From Sphingomicrobium sp. (GTDB taxonomy: Bacteria; Pseudomonadota; Alphaproteobacteria; Sphingomonadales; Sphingomonadaceae), in the NCBI GenBank assembly GCA_035494075.1, contig DATJHF010000041.1:6237-70236 (forward strand): a stretch of 64,000 bases of DNA, in the 5' to 3' direction. Each line of letters opens with the position of its first letter. Positions within the stretch are counted from its first letter, which is position 1. The position numbers and the translations under genes were made by a program. The notes beneath the pieces were generated by a model. That model was not told the DNA's origin. It was given only the letters and a program-made list of their open reading frames with translations, and did no database searches. Below, one piece after another: positions 62,302 to 64,000 of the stretch.

Positions 62302-62940
62302 TCAGGCCATCATGAAGCCGGCCTTGTTGACCTCCTTGGTGATCCGCTCGTCCAGCTCGTCGTCGATCTCGCTGCGCAACCGCGGAAAGACCTGCTCTTC
62401 TTCCATTTTGGCGTGAGCTTCGACGGCCGCGCGGAACTCCCGGATCGTCTCGAGCCAATTGGGCGCGTCCAGATCCATATGCTGGAGCCTGTATAGGAAC
62501 TCCTTCACCTCGCCATGTTCCGTCTCGAGCCCTTCGGCATCGGCGCGGTCATTGGCCTCGCGCAGCGCCGGATAGACGACATGCTCCTCGGCATAGGCAT
62601 GTTTGTCGAGCGCATGACCGAGCTTCATCAGCATCATCTTCCTCTGCATTGTCTGCGAAGGGTCGGTCGCCAGCATCTTGTCAAACATTGCCAGCACCAT
62701 GTCATGCTCTGCCGCGAGACTGTCCGCCCAGTTGCCTTGGCTCGCGCTGAGCGACTGGGTCAGGAACTTGCGGCCCAGGTTGGCGGCGATGGCAAGGGCG
62801 GCTCCGCCCAGCGCTGCGCCGGCGATGGCCCCGGTGCCCCAGCGGAAAGCGCTGCGATCGTTCTTCGACGCGCTTGAACGGGTGGAACTGCTGCTACGCG
62901 ACCGTGACGAACCGCTACGATTGGCACTGCGAGTGGCCAT
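62302..62940 (-). CDS. Hemerythrin (HHE) domain protein with N-terminal Ser/Arg tract and hydrophobic helix
   Basis: EH, HAYAEE..VYP, EH, HAKMEE..VFP; SD AGGAGG. Confidence 0.85.
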   Translation of the reverse strand: MATRSANRSGSSRSRSSSSTRSSASKNDRSAFRWGTGAIAGAALGGAALAIAANLGRKFLTQSLSASQGNWADSLAAEHDMVLAMFDKMLATDPSQTMQRKMMLMKLGHALDKHAYAEEHVVYPALREANDRADAEGLETEHGEVKEFLYRLQHMDLDAPNWLETIREFRAAVEAHAKMEEEQVFPRLRSEIDDELDERITKEVNKAGFMMA

Positions 62941-62970
62941 GACGCATCCTCCTTCTGGGTTTGCCCAATC

Positions 62971-62995
62971 AACTCCGTCAGCCGCCCGCCGTTCC
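62971..62995 (-). promoter_or_regulatory. Putative EcfG/SigT promoter of the hemerythrin gene
   Basis: GGAAC-N16-AGTT on the minus strand. Confidence 0.65.
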
Positions 62996-63015
62996 GGCGG
63001 TTCGTCGCAGCAGGA

Positions 63016-63990
63016 CTATTGTTGCGGCTCGGGCGGGGGAGGCGGCTGATCCGAGGCAGGGGACGGAGCCTCAGCCGTTGTGCTCGGCGCAGGCTCCGGG
63101 ACCGCAACCGATTCATTTTCTACGGCCGCCGGAGGCGTTTCCTCGACCGGCGTTTCGTCGACGGAAGCTTCCGGCGGCGGCGGAGTTGCCGTTTCATATT
63201 CCTCACCCGGTAGCTCGCGCGGCGCTTTGCTCGGCGGCGGCGTCTTGTCCTTCGGAGCTGGTGCGTTGGCGTACACGCATGCGTCGAGCCCATCGCGGCT
63301 GACCTGGCCGATTCGCGCGGCGATCGTATTGCCGTAGCGGCGGGTGAACCCCTTGGGCGCGATCGCTCCGCGCTTCTTGGGCAGCGGCAGAATGGCAGCG
63401 ATGCGCGCGGCCTCCGTGCTCGAAAGAGCGCTGGCGTCATGCCCGAAATAGCGCTGCGCCCCCGCATTCGCACCATAGGTGCCGATCCCGGTCTCGGCGA
63501 CGTTCAGATACACTTCCATGATCCGCCGCTTCCCCCACAGGTGCTCGATCAGGAAAGTAAAATAAGCTTCGACCCCTTTGCGGAAATAGCCACCGCCCTG
63601 CCACAGGAAAACATTCTTGGCGGTCTGCTGGCTGATCGTCGAACCGCCGCGGATTCGTCCGCCTGAGGCGTTGCGCTTCATCGCATCCTCGATCGCCTCG
63701 AGGTCGAACCCATTATGCTGGCAGAATTTGCTGTCCTCGGCGCCGATCGCCGCCCGGACCATGTCGCGGTCCATTTCGTCGAGGCTCATCCAGTCCTTGG
63801 CGACGCCGCGTCCGGCGATGAAATCGCCAATCATGGTCGCGGTAATCGGCGGTGGGACGAAGCGGTAAGCAGCAACCCAGGCGATGCTGAGCAGGAAGAG
63901 GCCCACGACAATTCGCCACAACCAACCGACGAATCCCCGGCCCTTGCGCTTGCGGCGGTAGGTCGGGATGCTGGACGAACGCTTGGCCAT
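63016..63990 (-). CDS. mtgA: Monofunctional peptidoglycan transglycosylase with Pro/Glu-rich tail
   Basis: AEDSKFCQHNGFD, GGSTISQQTAKN, RKGVE, KRRIMEVYLN. Confidence 0.95.
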   Translation of the reverse strand: MAKRSSSIPTYRRKRKGRGFVGWLWRIVVGLFLLSIAWVAAYRFVPPPITATMIGDFIAGRGVAKDWMSLDEMDRDMVRAAIGAEDSKFCQHNGFDLEAIEDAMKRNASGGRIRGGSTISQQTAKNVFLWQGGGYFRKGVEAYFTFLIEHLWGKRRIMEVYLNVAETGIGTYGANAGAQRYFGHDASALSSTEAARIAAILPLPKKRGAIAPKGFTRRYGNTIAARIGQVSRDGLDACVYANAPAPKDKTPPPSKAPRELPGEEYETATPPPPEASVDETPVEETPPAAVENESVAVPEPAPSTTAEAPSPASDQPPPPPEPQQ

Positions 63991-64000
63991 GTCGGACTGC

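Overview
High-GC alphaproteobacterial chromosome segment, most consistent with Sphingomonadaceae (gene content, gene order, protein signatures). It is mostly core genome: mrdA(partial)-mreD-mreC-mreB, mutL, an outer-membrane beta-barrel, ilvC-miaA/serB, pyrB-ruvX, gatCAB, PhoK-type phosphatase, tig, clpP-clpX-lon-hup, ccmCDEFGHI, ald, kup, proS-lolE-lolD-gpx-dnaE, mtgA, and four tRNAs (Leu-TAG, Val-CAC, His-GTG, Met-CAT). I saw no integrase, transposase, prophage, CRISPR array or rRNA. Best candidates for undescribed biology: (1) a Sel1-SPOR / orphan ParA / ParG-like RHH / TPR-SPOR lipoprotein locus with a CtrA-like box (9.5-13.3 kb); (2) five exported hypothetical proteins, four with glycine-rich hydrophobic segments, one VirB10/TrbI-like (21-24.8 kb); (3) a lipoprotein / Tat-M48 protease / lipoprotein operon; (4) a divergent ilvC directly behind miaA without ilvB/ilvH; (5) a structured sRNA opposite proS resembling alpha-r9; (6) three EcfG-type stress promoters; (7) a diiron ferritin-like + Aur1-like PAP2 gene pair. 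All family assignments come from motif recognition by eye; no database search was run.
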